A stretch of DNA of 64,000 nt from a virus. Taxonomy: Duplodnaviria; Caudoviricetes. Location of the stretch: IMG/VR virus record IMGVR_UViG_3300033463_000012; one strand, 5' to 3'. Position numbers and translations under genes: made by a program. Below are positions 18,851-27,503 of the stretch, in pieces; the first letter of the stretch is position 1; each line of letters starts with the position of its first letter. The notes under the pieces are model-generated. The model saw only the letters and a list, made by a program, of their open reading frames with translations. It was not told the DNA's origin and did no database searches.

Positions 18851-20367
18851 ATCTCGAAAAGTTGAGCGAGGTATTCTACCGTGTCCTTGGGCCTATGAAT
18901 GAATTGGCTCAGCTGAAGAAGGACATGTCGTTCATGGTCCCCGGTTCCCAATTCTCCCCTGCATTCAAGAATCACACGTGGGACGGCAGGGTTTCCTTCT
19001 TTGATGCGAGACGAAGGACAATACCAGCCGGGCTCTATCCAATGGTGTACAAGATTTGCAAGGAAAGGAATTTCGACCTCAGAGTGGACGACTTCGTCAA
19101 AGCTGACCAAATCAATGATCCCAAACCTGACACTGAAGCGTTCATAAAGTCCCTGAATCTTCCCTTCGCCCCACGTGAGTATCAGATCCAGCAATTCGAG
19201 AAGGCAATAACTCATCGTCGGGGAGTCATCTGTTCACCCACTGGTTCCGGCAAGTCCTTGGTCATCTATCTCTGCGTTCGCTGGCTATTGGAAAACATGT
19301 CAGGAAAGATCCTCTTGGTCGTTCCCACTGTTTCCCTGGTTGAACAGATGTGGAGTGACTTCAAGGACTATGGTTGGACCGACGTGGACGAATACGGTGA
19401 ACAGCTTTATTCGGGAAAGGAGCCTACGTTCAAGAAGCGGTTCCTTTTGACCACCTATCAGTCAATCATGAAGAAGGACATGGACTTCTTTGAATCCTAT
19501 ACGACCCTGATGAACGATGAAGCGCATTCGGTCAAATCCGCCATGCTGATGAAGATCGCCAAGATGTGCCAGAACGCCAGATATCGCCTGGGCTTCACAG
19601 CCACTGTCCCCAATGAGCCAATTGACTATCTGAACATCTACGGCATGCTAGGTTGGAAAATCTATGACCTGAAGTCCTATGAGTTGATCGACCAGGGCTA
19701 TTTGTCCAGAATCAAGGTGGTCAATTTGTTCTTGGAATACTCGGAAGCCACCAGAAAGAGAGGTTCAGGCCGGAGCTATGCAGAGGAAGTGAATCTGCTC
19801 GAAGACAGTGACGAGAGACTTCAAGGTTTTGCCTACATTCTTGACAATCTTCCGGAAACTCAGAACACCTTGATCCTCGTGAACCATATCAGGCACTTGA
19901 AGAAAATGCAGAAATGGCTGGAGGAAACATACAAGGACAAATTCAAAATCCATGTCATTCAAGGTGCAACTGACCCGATCGCCAGAGAAGGCATCAGACA
20001 AGGCATGGAAAATGAAAAAGGTTCCGTCCTTCTGGCCACCTATGGCACGATGTCCACAGGCATCAACATCAAGAGGATACACCACATCATCTTCGGCGCC
20101 TCGTCCAAATCCCCCATTCGAGTCCTTCAGTCAATAGGTCGTGGACTCAGACTTCATGAATCGAAGGACAAGTTGATTCTATGGGACGTGGTCGATGACC
20201 TTTCCACGAAGACGAAGCGGGGAAATCTGAAGCTGAACTACATGATGAAGCATTGGAACGAAAGGTTCACGGAAATCTACGGGCCGCAGAAATTCGAATG
20301 CCTGAAAAAGACACTGAATCTAAATGTAGAAACTGAGGAGAACGCAAATGCTCAAGCCGATAAGTGA
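18847..20367 (+). CDS. uvsW: UvsW-like SF2 DNA helicase
   Basis: WDGRV, PREYQ, SPTGSGKS, VPTVSLVEQM, DEAH, TAT, STGINIK, LQSIGRGLR; probable TTG start after GGAGG. Confidence 0.93.
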   Translation: MNLEKLSEVFYRVLGPMNELAQLKKDMSFMVPGSQFSPAFKNHTWDGRVSFFDARRRTIPAGLYPMVYKICKERNFDLRVDDFVKADQINDPKPDTEAFIKSLNLPFAPREYQIQQFEKAITHRRGVICSPTGSGKSLVIYLCVRWLLENMSGKILLVVPTVSLVEQMWSDFKDYGWTDVDEYGEQLYSGKEPTFKKRFLLTTYQSIMKKDMDFFESYTTLMNDEAHSVKSAMLMKIAKMCQNARYRLGFTATVPNEPIDYLNIYGMLGWKIYDLKSYELIDQGYLSRIKVVNLFLEYSEATRKRGSGRSYAEEVNLLEDSDERLQGFAYILDNLPETQNTLILVNHIRHLKKMQKWLEETYKDKFKIHVIQGATDPIAREGIRQGMENEKGSVLLATYGTMSTGINIKRIHHIIFGASSKSPIRVLQSIGRGLRLHESKDKLILWDVVDDLSTKTKRGNLKLNYMMKHWNERFTEIYGPQKFECLKKTLNLNVETEENANAQADK

Positions 20368-21130
20368 AAACGCAGAACCTGTCAAGGAATCCGTAGTCGA
20401 AGAAATCCCGAAGGGTTGGTTGTACATTGACTGGCTTCCTTCCAATTTCAAGTGCTACCCCAAGGGCACGAAGATCCTTTCTCGTCCACTGAAGGTCCTT
20501 GAATTGAAGCATCTCGCCACGATGACGGAGAAGACATCCGACATGGTGATCGACAATGTCCTCAAGGACTCGATCATGGGAATCAACTACGAGGACCTGA
20601 TCATCGCCGACAAGCTGTTCATCATCATGTGGCAGCGGGCGAATACCTATCAGGGTGACCAGTTCTCCATTCCGTTCACTTGTCCCGAATGCGAGAAGGA
20701 AGGCAAGTATCTGTTCGATCCTTCCAAGTTGTCCTTCAGTGACATTCCTGAGGACTATTCGCCTGACAAGGAATACGACATCGGTGGACACAAGGTTCAG
20801 CTGGATCAGTTCAGGGTCAAGACCAAGGCATTGATGACCGCATTCGTCCAGGAAAATCCTTCGGTCGACGTGGACATTCTTGCCTCCAATGCAGTGAGAA
20901 TCGGAAAGCTGGATGGACAGGAAGTCGACATCGCTACTGCCTACAACTTCGTGATCAACATGCCTCCGGCCGACTTCATCAAGCTGAATGGCATCTGCGA
21001 AAAGACGGCGATCAAAGTGTTCCCCATCGTCGAAGTCAAGTGCGAATCCTGTGGAAAGGAGGTGCCCGTGATGGTTTCTTTCACGAGCGAATTTTTTCTA
21101 CCCTCCTATTCCGTCGGCGACACTGATTGA
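20348..21130 (+). CDS. baseplate hub assembly protein (T4 gp26-like / tail assembly chaperone)
   Basis: RPLKVLE, D..FI...RANTYQGD, CPEC and CESC zinc motifs, FF near the end; CTAAATG at 20320. Confidence 0.7.
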   Translation: MLKPISENAEPVKESVVEEIPKGWLYIDWLPSNFKCYPKGTKILSRPLKVLELKHLATMTEKTSDMVIDNVLKDSIMGINYEDLIIADKLFIIMWQRANTYQGDQFSIPFTCPECEKEGKYLFDPSKLSFSDIPEDYSPDKEYDIGGHKVQLDQFRVKTKALMTAFVQENPSVDVDILASNAVRIGKLDGQEVDIATAYNFVINMPPADFIKLNGICEKTAIKVFPIVEVKCESCGKEVPVMVSFTSEFFLPSYSVGDTD

Positions 21131-21131
21131 A

Positions 21132-21314
21132 ATGGAATATGGCCTGATGCGAACACTGGGCATGAGCTACAGTGAAATCGAGCAATGTCCTTTTGACGAG
21201 ATTCAGGCCTTCCTTGAACTTCATCGCAGAGAAGTCGAGAACAGACAGAAGGCAAGAGAGGAAGCCAAGTCCGGCAGAAAGATGGTGGACCTCAAGTCGG
21301 CTATGGGTCTCTAG
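21132..21314 (+). CDS. gp51-like baseplate hub assembly / chaperone C-terminal part, possibly a frameshift product
   Basis: YGLMRTLGMSYSEIEQCPFDE resembles gp51-like LM....SL.E.E.M.P.E; no RBS. Confidence 0.6.
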   Translation: MEYGLMRTLGMSYSEIEQCPFDEIQAFLELHRREVENRQKAREEAKSGRKMVDLKSAMGL

Positions 21315-21315
21315 G

Positions 21316-21424
21316 ACTGTTCCTCAGCTCCAGGGAACCACTCAGGGACATTTTCTCCAAGGGTAGCTATAACTTATTAGCTCTTGATTGAATGGACAGG
21401 AATGGCTCCTAATCAGCCAGGAGC
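21316..21424 (+). repeat. dispersed ~110-bp element, copy 3
   Basis: Core GGTAGCTATAACTTATTAGC at 21362-21381; fills the gap between convergent genes. Confidence 0.85.
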
Positions 21425-21426
21425 AT

Positions 21427-22209
21427 TTACCAATCTATCCCGAAATCGTCATTGTTCCGCGGTGGATATACCTGCGGGGTCTGTTGTTCCCCGTTCTTCA
21501 GTTTCCGCAGGTCATAGTTCTGTGCCAAGGCATCGGAACCACCTTCAAGATATTGCTTCATTGGCTGAAGTTTTTCGGGTGATTCCTCGACTATGGCATT
21601 TTCATGGTCAGTGGTTTCCTTGACTTCCTCTCCAATGTCATCATAGCTCCTCAACATTGGATTTTCCCAAACACGGGCGATCATTATCCAGGAGTGTTGA
21701 GTGTTCAGAAATTGCGAGTCAGTGTCCTTCACGTCGACCACTTCGTAGAATATGCCGGAATAGTGAGGTCTGAACACGTCCCCGTATTTCGGCTGATATC
21801 CTTCGAGATCAGCTTTCTTTGCATAGGAATCCCAGGCCAGCTTCCCGATGTAGACTTGAAAATTGTCAAGACCTTCAATGCCGAACTTGGTGTATTGTCT
21901 GTTGTCCGAGGGAAGTTCAAAATACAACTTGACCCTGAACACCTTCCTGACTCGCCTGTCATTGTCCTCGCCGAAGATGCGTTCATTGTAGAGCGAGTAG
22001 TCGATTTGATACCAGTCGCAGACTTCTCCCGCCATGTCCAAGGATTCCGACGTAAGTTGGTCGGTCAACTTCTTTTCCGAGTCATAGCAGGAATTGTTGG
22101 TGTTGAACCACCCATTGACGAAATTGTAGCAACCGTTCAAAGCGAACACCCTCTGCGAGTCATCCGCTTCGAAGTTCATTTCCGGTGTTTCCAATACCTG
22201 AATTTCCAT
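21427..22209 (-). CDS. neck protein (T4 gp14-like)
   Basis: LTSES...G, IFGED, YTKFG...D.F...I, P.YGD.F, YEVVDV. Confidence 0.75.
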   Translation of the reverse strand: MEIQVLETPEMNFEADDSQRVFALNGCYNFVNGWFNTNNSCYDSEKKLTDQLTSESLDMAGEVCDWYQIDYSLYNERIFGEDNDRRVRKVFRVKLYFELPSDNRQYTKFGIEGLDNFQVYIGKLAWDSYAKKADLEGYQPKYGDVFRPHYSGIFYEVVDVKDTDSQFLNTQHSWIMIARVWENPMLRSYDDIGEEVKETTDHENAIVEESPEKLQPMKQYLEGGSDALAQNYDLRKLKNGEQQTPQVYPPRNNDDFGIDW

Positions 22210-22229
22210 CTACGAATTTAGACAAAGAA

Positions 22230-22258
22230 AAAGGAGAGGATTTCGGTCCTCTCCTTTT
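22230..22258 (-). terminator. bidirectional intrinsic terminator
   Basis: AAAGGAGAGGA-TTTCGG-TCCTCTCCTTTT. Confidence 0.8.
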
Positions 22259-22277
22259 CATTGTTCATTTGGTTCAT

Positions 22278-22871
22278 CTACAGCTTTCTGAACCTTGATT
22301 CATAGCGTCCCATCTCGGTTCTCGCGATGATGTAGGGACCTTCCTTGACGATTTCACGAAGGAAGTCGGGTTCGTCCTCTTCAATCTTCTTGATCAGATT
22401 CTTCACTTCCTCCGGAGTTTCGATCATTTCCCCGTTTTTCATATCGGACATTCCACCGAAGGCAGAGAAACCGAAGTATTTACGAGCAGCTTCTTCGTCC
22501 TTTGCAATAACGGAAACGATTTCAATTTCCTTGTCTTCCTCATTGCGGAAAGTGAAGACTTCACCAGGAACGGTCTTGATCACACCTGGGGCGACGAATT
22601 CAATGTATCCATCATCGAAGGTATGCTCATTCCAGAACTTGATGAACTCGTCATTGTCCATGAGGTAGACAGTGCTCCGGGTGTTTCCTCGTTCACCCCT
22701 GCACTTCTCCATCACGACCTGGGTGTTGTTGTTCACGAACCAGAAATACCAGTCCTCGTCCCGTTCACCGGTCGAGAGATCAAAATTCCCGGTCTTGTCC
22801 TCGGCCACTCCCAATTTGACCAGAATCTTGGCGACTTCATCTTCGGTCAATTCTTCTGCTATGACTTTCAT
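22278..22871 (-). CDS. late acidic hypothetical protein
   Basis: GAGG RBS; CTAAATT at 22897-22903. Confidence 0.7.
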   Translation of the reverse strand: MKVIAEELTEDEVAKILVKLGVAEDKTGNFDLSTGERDEDWYFWFVNNNTQVVMEKCRGERGNTRSTVYLMDNDEFIKFWNEHTFDDGYIEFVAPGVIKTVPGEVFTFRNEEDKEIEIVSVIAKDEEAARKYFGFSAFGGMSDMKNGEMIETPEEVKNLIKKIEEDEPDFLREIVKEGPYIIARTEMGRYESRFRKL

Positions 22872-22908
22872 GAACTACCTCTGTACAACTTTGCGAAATT
22901 TAGAGTTC

Positions 22909-23040
22909 TCAGAATTTGTCGGACTTGTTTCCGAACACCGCTTCGTCCACCTGACATAAAAACCAGTGAATCGCAAAGAGTGCAAATGTGGTGAGAACGA
23001 CCAGACCCATGGCGATCAAAATGATCCTCAAGAAAATCAC
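22909..23040 (-). CDS. small membrane protein
   Basis: GTG start overlapping the UvsY stop; hydrophobic 43 aa. Confidence 0.4.
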   Translation of the reverse strand: MIFLRIILIAMGLVVLTTFALFAIHWFLCQVDEAVFGNKSDKF

Positions 23041-23450
23041 AGGCCGAATCCTCCCTGATACTGAAGGAATTGCAGATAGTTCTTGATCGAGAAACTCATG
23101 CGGTTGATGTTCCCGAGTGTTTCCTGAAGATAGTCGACCACCAACTTCTGCTTCGCCATGTCAGATGCAAGTTTCAACCAGTCAGGGTCGCACTTGATCT
23201 GGGAATCAATCTCCTTGGTGGAATCCCACTTGTAGTCGGTTTCGAAGTGGTATTTCTTGTAGAGTTCACCGTAGAGCTTGTCCTGTGACAGCTGCAGCTT
23301 CACGAGAATGGCCGACTGATTGTTGAAGATGTCAAGCCAATGTTGATAGAGACTCGGGATTCCTTGACATTTCTCCATCGCATTGGACTTGTCGAATTTC
23401 AAATCTTCGGTGGCTTGTGCCTTGAGGGCTTTGAATTCCTCTCCAGTCAT
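23037..23450 (-). CDS. uvsY: recombination mediator UvsY-like
   Basis: DLKFD, IPSLYQHWL, I..D.D, DYL......I..MSFSIKN...F..YQGG. Confidence 0.8.
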   Translation of the reverse strand: MTGEEFKALKAQATEDLKFDKSNAMEKCQGIPSLYQHWLDIFNNQSAILVKLQLSQDKLYGELYKKYHFETDYKWDSTKEIDSQIKCDPDWLKLASDMAKQKLVVDYLQETLGNINRMSFSIKNYLQFLQYQGGFGL

Positions 23451-23459
23451 GTGATTCTC

Positions 23460-23846
23460 CTAGTGAAAGGAATTTTCCAAAAGGATCTGAATTTCAATGA
23501 CGGCCTGATTGTCTTCATAGGCCTCAGGACCCCAAACCGACACGCGGACAAAACCCGTCTCGGAAATCCAAGGATTGAGATTGGGATCCTTCTTCTTGTT
23601 GTTTTCCATCCACTGACGAATGGCGGAATCTGTGCAAGAGCGAACGGTGTCCTTGAGATTGTCCACCATATCGTCCACCTGTTCATCGTCGGCTGGGTCG
23701 CTGTTGTCCTTGAATTTGATGTTCTTGTAGAGCAGAACCGCCTTGGCGCAGGTCTCGAAGTCAATCTGGTCATAGGCCTCAAGGAACGGCTGATGCCAAA
23801 TGTTCCAATCCATTTCAGTTTCCTTGGCAGCTTTCTTCGCAGTCAT
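23460..23846 (-). CDS. hypothetical protein
   Basis: AAGGAG RBS. Confidence 0.7.
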   Translation of the reverse strand: MTAKKAAKETEMDWNIWHQPFLEAYDQIDFETCAKAVLLYKNIKFKDNSDPADDEQVDDMVDNLKDTVRSCTDSAIRQWMENNKKKDPNLNPWISETGFVRVSVWGPEAYEDNQAVIEIQILLENSFH

Positions 23847-23905
23847 GTGGTTTTCTCCTTTACTGCAAATATAGAAAATTCCAGCTAGGTCGGAGTGACT
23901 ATTTC

Positions 23906-24751
23906 CTAGTTTTGCTCATCACGACAGAGCTGTTCAAGAATGTGCAGACAGTTCGTGATGAATTCATATGCCTTCTGATTTTTCATATCAATTTCAGAAA
24001 GCGCAAGGTGACAGTATGAAATCGCCTTTTGAATGGACTCTTTCATTTCCGATTCATTGGTTGCAGGTTCTTCTTCACTCATTCTGCAACCAAGCAAATC
24101 ATGACAAGCGACTAGAGTGTCTTTGACGTCTCCAGGTTTGTCACTAGGAGCCGGATGAATCTTTTCTTCCAGTTTCTTCTTGTCCAAATCCGCCATGGCT
24201 TTCATCAACTTTTCGATGTGATCAGTAACGAACGTCTTGGTTCCTTCAACCAACCTGTTCATTTCCTTGGACAGTTCCATCTCACATGCCTTCTTGTAAC
24301 GACTGTAAAATTCTTCCAAGGAGTATTCTCGATTGACGTCCATAGCGTCGGCCAAGCTGAAAACTTTGTTACCGAGTTTCCTTTTGATTTCCTCTTGCTG
24401 TTCATCTTCTTCGGATTCGGCCAGCTTCATCAATGGTTCACAAAATTCCACAAATCCGCAGAAAGTTGCATCGGCGTCGACATTCCAATCGTGGACATAT
24501 CCTTTGCCATCAAATCCACAGCCCCTGCACCTGAATTCCGTGAAGTGCTCGTCAAAGTTCACATAAGGAACAACAAGGTCCTTATGACATTGTGGACAAA
24601 TGGCCGGAATCAGCCAATCGTTGGTTCCTTCCTTCTTCCACCAAAAACTTGTTTTCGGTTCATTGAGATCACTCTTGTACAAATGAAATTCAACACGTTC
24701 CATTTCCTTGACAGACTTGGGACGAGATGTTTTTGCTTCATTGTTTTCCAT
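23906..24751 (-). CDS. hypothetical protein with zinc ribbon (CPQC...CRGC)
   Basis: Start reassigned to MENNE at 24751 (GGAG RBS). Confidence 0.65.
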   Translation of the reverse strand: MENNEAKTSRPKSVKEMERVEFHLYKSDLNEPKTSFWWKKEGTNDWLIPAICPQCHKDLVVPYVNFDEHFTEFRCRGCGFDGKGYVHDWNVDADATFCGFVEFCEPLMKLAESEEDEQQEEIKRKLGNKVFSLADAMDVNREYSLEEFYSRYKKACEMELSKEMNRLVEGTKTFVTDHIEKLMKAMADLDKKKLEEKIHPAPSDKPGDVKDTLVACHDLLGCRMSEEEPATNESEMKESIQKAISYCHLALSEIDMKNQKAYEFITNCLHILEQLCRDEQN

Positions 24752-24752
24752 G

Positions 24753-25016
24753 CTAGTTCTCCTTTGCCAGGTCATTCCAAATTTCTTCACCGACTTCTCC
24801 GCCATCCATCGTCTTCGTGTCGAATGGATATGTCTTGCACCCTCCCCGGAAAAGCATAGTCGATTTCCACAGAAGCAGGTTGTCACCAATCCACTCGACT
24901 ACATAGGTGCCATCATTGTGTTCAAACTTGAGGTAGTTCGCCCCACGTTCCCAATGTTCAATTCCCTTGTTGATCAGGGTTCCGAACAATATGTCGAGGT
25001 CCTGTGGCAATCTCAT
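24753..25016 (-). CDS. hypothetical protein
   Basis: GAGG RBS; operon context. Confidence 0.6.
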   Translation of the reverse strand: MRLPQDLDILFGTLINKGIEHWERGANYLKFEHNDGTYVVEWIGDNLLLWKSTMLFRGGCKTYPFDTKTMDGGEVGEEIWNDLAKEN

Positions 25017-25024
25017 GTTCTACC

Positions 25025-25237
25025 TCAATATCCACAAACTCGTCCAGCCCAGAAGTCATATTGAATCGAGGAAGGACACCAGCCGTTGAAGTTGAACGTC
25101 CTGTATCCATGGCCATAGAAATAATAGACACCTTCATAGTGCCCGCCATAAACCTGGCAGTGCTTCAGGGATCCATATTCGCAGAAACCGAACGAGGTTG
25201 CGGTCAAAAGCGCCACCAGGCAGATGAGTTTCTTCAT
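25025..25237 (-). CDS. small exported/membrane protein with signal peptide
   Basis: MKKLICLVALLTATSFGFC then a Cys/Tyr/Gly-rich region. Confidence 0.6.
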   Translation of the reverse strand: MKKLICLVALLTATSFGFCEYGSLKHCQVYGGHYEGVYYFYGHGYRTFNFNGWCPSSIQYDFWAGRVCGY

Positions 25238-25410
25238 TTCAAGTTCTCCTTCAGGAATTTCTTGTAATAATAGTCACTGGTCGCCTTTTCCATGTAGGAT
25301 GCGTAAATCTTTTCGGAGATGTCCAATACGATCCCCGACAACCATTCAAACTTCAGGTGACGAAGTTTGATCGAAAGGTTGAGAAGAGCGCAAGCGATGT
25401 TGACTCTCAT
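25234..25410 (-). CDS. hypothetical 58-aa protein
   Basis: MRVNIACALL...; stop overlaps the next start. Confidence 0.45.
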   Translation of the reverse strand: MRVNIACALLNLSIKLRHLKFEWLSGIVLDISEKIYASYMEKATSDYYYKKFLKENLK

Positions 25411-25417
25411 TTACAAC

Positions 25418-25639
25418 CTACTTGAAAAGTTCCAGCTGTTCAAGTCCGCAGCAGGTCTCTGGTTCCGGCTTGAGAATCTGGTCAATCATGGGTTCGAGTT
25501 CCTTCTTCCCCTTGACCAGTTCTCCGACCGTCTTGTCCATGATGCAGCACGACTTGAATCTGCAGTTCTCGCACTTCTTGTCGCACTTCTTGGTGACTTC
25601 CCAAATGGCGTCACAAACCTTTGCCATCCACTTGTCCAT
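25418..25639 (-). CDS. small Cys-rich protein
   Basis: CDKKCENCRFKSCC; TGATG coupling. Confidence 0.55.
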   Translation of the reverse strand: MDKWMAKVCDAIWEVTKKCDKKCENCRFKSCCIMDKTVGELVKGKKELEPMIDQILKPEPETCCGLEQLELFK

Positions 25640-25767
25640 CACTTGGCTTCCTTGACCTTCTTGTCCAGTTCAGTGAGAAGGACTTCGGCTCGTTCCGCCG
25701 GATTCTTCCCGATCATGAAGAGGTTGAAGACTTCATTGAATTCCTTGTCGATTTCGTTCATTTCCAT
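25639..25767 (-). CDS. hypothetical 42-aa protein
   Basis: AAGGAGG RBS directly after the tRNA. Confidence 0.55.
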   Translation of the reverse strand: MEMNEIDKEFNEVFNLFMIGKNPAERAEVLLTELDKKVKEAK

Positions 25768-25798
25768 GTTGGACCTCCTTGGTTGTGGTTCTGGTTCC

Positions 25799-25882
25799 TA
25801 CCGAGAGAGGGAATTGAACCCTCACGTCCTTGCGGACAGCGGATTTTGAGTCCACCGCGTCTACCTATTCCACCATCTCGGC
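25799..25882 (-). tRNA. tRNA-Leu(CAA), no encoded CCA
   Basis: GCCGAGATGGTGGAATAGGTAGAC...CTCAAAA...long variable arm...GGTTCAATTCC...TCTCGGT-A. Confidence 0.93.
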
Positions 25883-25891
25883 TTGTCTGGT

Positions 25892-25927
25892 TATAATATA
25901 ATAAATTTGTCCTGAAAGTGGTCAAAC
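25892..25927 (-). promoter_or_regulatory. early promoter driving the tRNA operon
   Basis: TTGACC-N16-TATTATATTATA, 9 nt before the tRNA 5' end. Confidence 0.75.
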
Positions 25928-25950
25928 TTTTTGCAATTATTTGTCACTTC

Positions 25951-26058
25951 ACTGCACTGATTCCTAGGTATGCAGAGGCCATTTGTTCGAGAGCTGGTAG
26001 ATTATAGCTACCCTTGCAGAAAATGGCTCAGAACTCATCCCTGTAGCTGAGGATCAGT
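25951..26058 (-). repeat. dispersed ~110-bp element, copy 4
   Basis: Minus-strand core GGTAGCTATAATCTACCAGC at 25993-26012; AGCTCTCGAACAAATG identical to copy 1. Confidence 0.85.
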
Positions 26059-26446
26059 TCCAGCTGAACCCCTGATCCTCTCCATCCTGGTCATCGTCCT
26101 CGGAAACATAATAGTCCCATTCCTCGAACAGTGACTCGATTGTGTCAGGTTCGAAGTGGACATAGTTGGAAAGATCGCCGGCATAGACGCACTTGCAGTT
26201 CCCGACATTGTCCACCCGCTTCCAAATCTTTATGAGGTAGTTGTTCGCGTGACAAATTCCTACAAGTCCCACGAGCTGATCCCACGTGGTTTTAATCCAA
26301 GCGTTCAGTTCGGAGATTTTGAAGAAACCGCCGGACATCGAGTATTTCTGCGGTATCTCGGAGATTTCACCTGTCTGAAGTTTGATCACTTCCTGTGGTG
26401 TCAGCTTTTCCACTATCACGGCATCGAATAAGGTAGGTGAGGACAT
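26054..26446 (-). CDS. hypothetical protein
   Basis: Start reassigned to MSSPT; CTAAATG at 26475-26481. Confidence 0.6.
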   Translation of the reverse strand: MSSPTLFDAVIVEKLTPQEVIKLQTGEISEIPQKYSMSGGFFKISELNAWIKTTWDQLVGLVGICHANNYLIKIWKRVDNVGNCKCVYAGDLSNYVHFEPDTIESLFEEWDYYVSEDDDQDGEDQGFSWN

Positions 26447-26486
26447 AAGTTTTCCTTGTTGAATTTGAATATTCCATTTAGCCCTC

Positions 26487-26514
26487 AAAAAGAAAGGGAG
26501 CCCGAAGGCTCCCT
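26487..26514 (-). terminator. intrinsic terminator
   Basis: AGGGAGCC-TTCG-GGCTCCCT then TTCTTTT on the minus strand. Confidence 0.85.
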
Positions 26515-26534
26515 GTTCCTCGTTCCGGTTTCCT

Positions 26535-26876
26535 CTAGAAGGAGGGGTCCCGATAGTAGCAGGCGTGGCCGAGGGACCAACGTTCGTATTTCGAGTCCAG
26601 CCGGCGACGGGGGTAGGCCGAGTTCCCACGCCAGCGACCATAGCGGAAGACCACGTGGTTGGTGCGGTTGTTCGGGTTGGAAGTGTATTCGTATTCCTGG
26701 TCTTCACTGAGGATTTCGCCCCTGACCAGCTTGGCGTCCAGCTCCCGAACGATCACGTGGCGGGGATTGATCACCTTAATGACTTCGTAGGCGTAGCAAT
26801 CCGACCCGACCCCCATGCTCGCTCCCATTCCGACTTCGGGCTTGACCTTGGGTTCCTTGAGGATGTTTCTTTTCAT
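26535..26876 (-). CDS. conserved phage protein ending YYRDPSF
   Basis: PEVGMGAS..VGSD.YAYEV...G....YRDPSF motif; own promoter and terminator. Confidence 0.75.
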   Translation of the reverse strand: MKRNILKEPKVKPEVGMGASMGVGSDCYAYEVIKVINPRHVIVRELDAKLVRGEILSEDQEYEYTSNPNNRTNHVVFRYGRWRGNSAYPRRRLDSKYERWSLGHACYYRDPSF

Positions 26877-26912
26877 GGCTGCCTCCTGGATAGTGGTTCT
26901 TGTCTCTACCCT

Positions 26913-26950
26913 AATAATATAATATCTTTTTGGAGGAAGCGTATCAACTT
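26913..26950 (-). promoter_or_regulatory. early promoter
   Basis: TTGATA-N17-TATTATATT. Confidence 0.75.
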
Positions 26951-26978
26951 TTTTGCAATTTTTTCAGAACGAATTCCT

Positions 26979-27500
26979 CTATCTGGTCAATGGTCTCGGA
27001 ATCATAGTTTTTCCATCTATTGCACAACTTGTTTTCTTGTCCGATTCGTCTTTCAGCCAGAAAAAGATTTCATTGGGATTGAAAGCCAAGAGTGATTTCC
27101 TGGCCAAATCCAAAAGGTCATTCTTTCCGAAGACAATGCCGAGACAATATTTGTTCAAATCCTTGTAGATGTAGTTTTTGACTCCGTGACTGTTGAATTT
27201 TCCATTGAGGATTTTTACAAAAAGATGCACCTGAAACATCTTCTTGTCCAACTTTTGTTTTTTCTCATCTATGAATTTGATTATTTCATTTGTGTCATTC
27301 AGACCGATGAATACTTTTCTGTCGCAGAATTTCAGGTTCACTTCCCAATTGTAGGTGTTTGGCAGATGACTGACACGCAAGTTGAGGTCTGCACTCTGAA
27401 GGATGACTTCACCAAAGTTATTTTGTCTTGTCGGAAGAAGAGGAGCGCTGTATGCATTCCTCACCTCCTCAATGAACATTGGATTCAATGTGTATTCCAT
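26979..27500 (-). CDS. shared-helix-motif family protein (FQVHLFVKILNGKF)
   Basis: Internal family motif. Confidence 0.65.
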   Translation of the reverse strand: MEYTLNPMFIEEVRNAYSAPLLPTRQNNFGEVILQSADLNLRVSHLPNTYNWEVNLKFCDRKVFIGLNDTNEIIKFIDEKKQKLDKKMFQVHLFVKILNGKFNSHGVKNYIYKDLNKYCLGIVFGKNDLLDLARKSLLAFNPNEIFFWLKDESDKKTSCAIDGKTMIPRPLTR

Positions 27501-27503
27501 AGT

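Noticed and set aside
3186-20367. Inteins or introns in the clamp loader or UvsW
   Set aside because: Lengths and motif spacing are normal; no splicing or homing-endonuclease motifs.
25799-25882. tRNA as an integration (att) site
   Set aside because: No integrase and no duplicated tRNA 3' end in the window.
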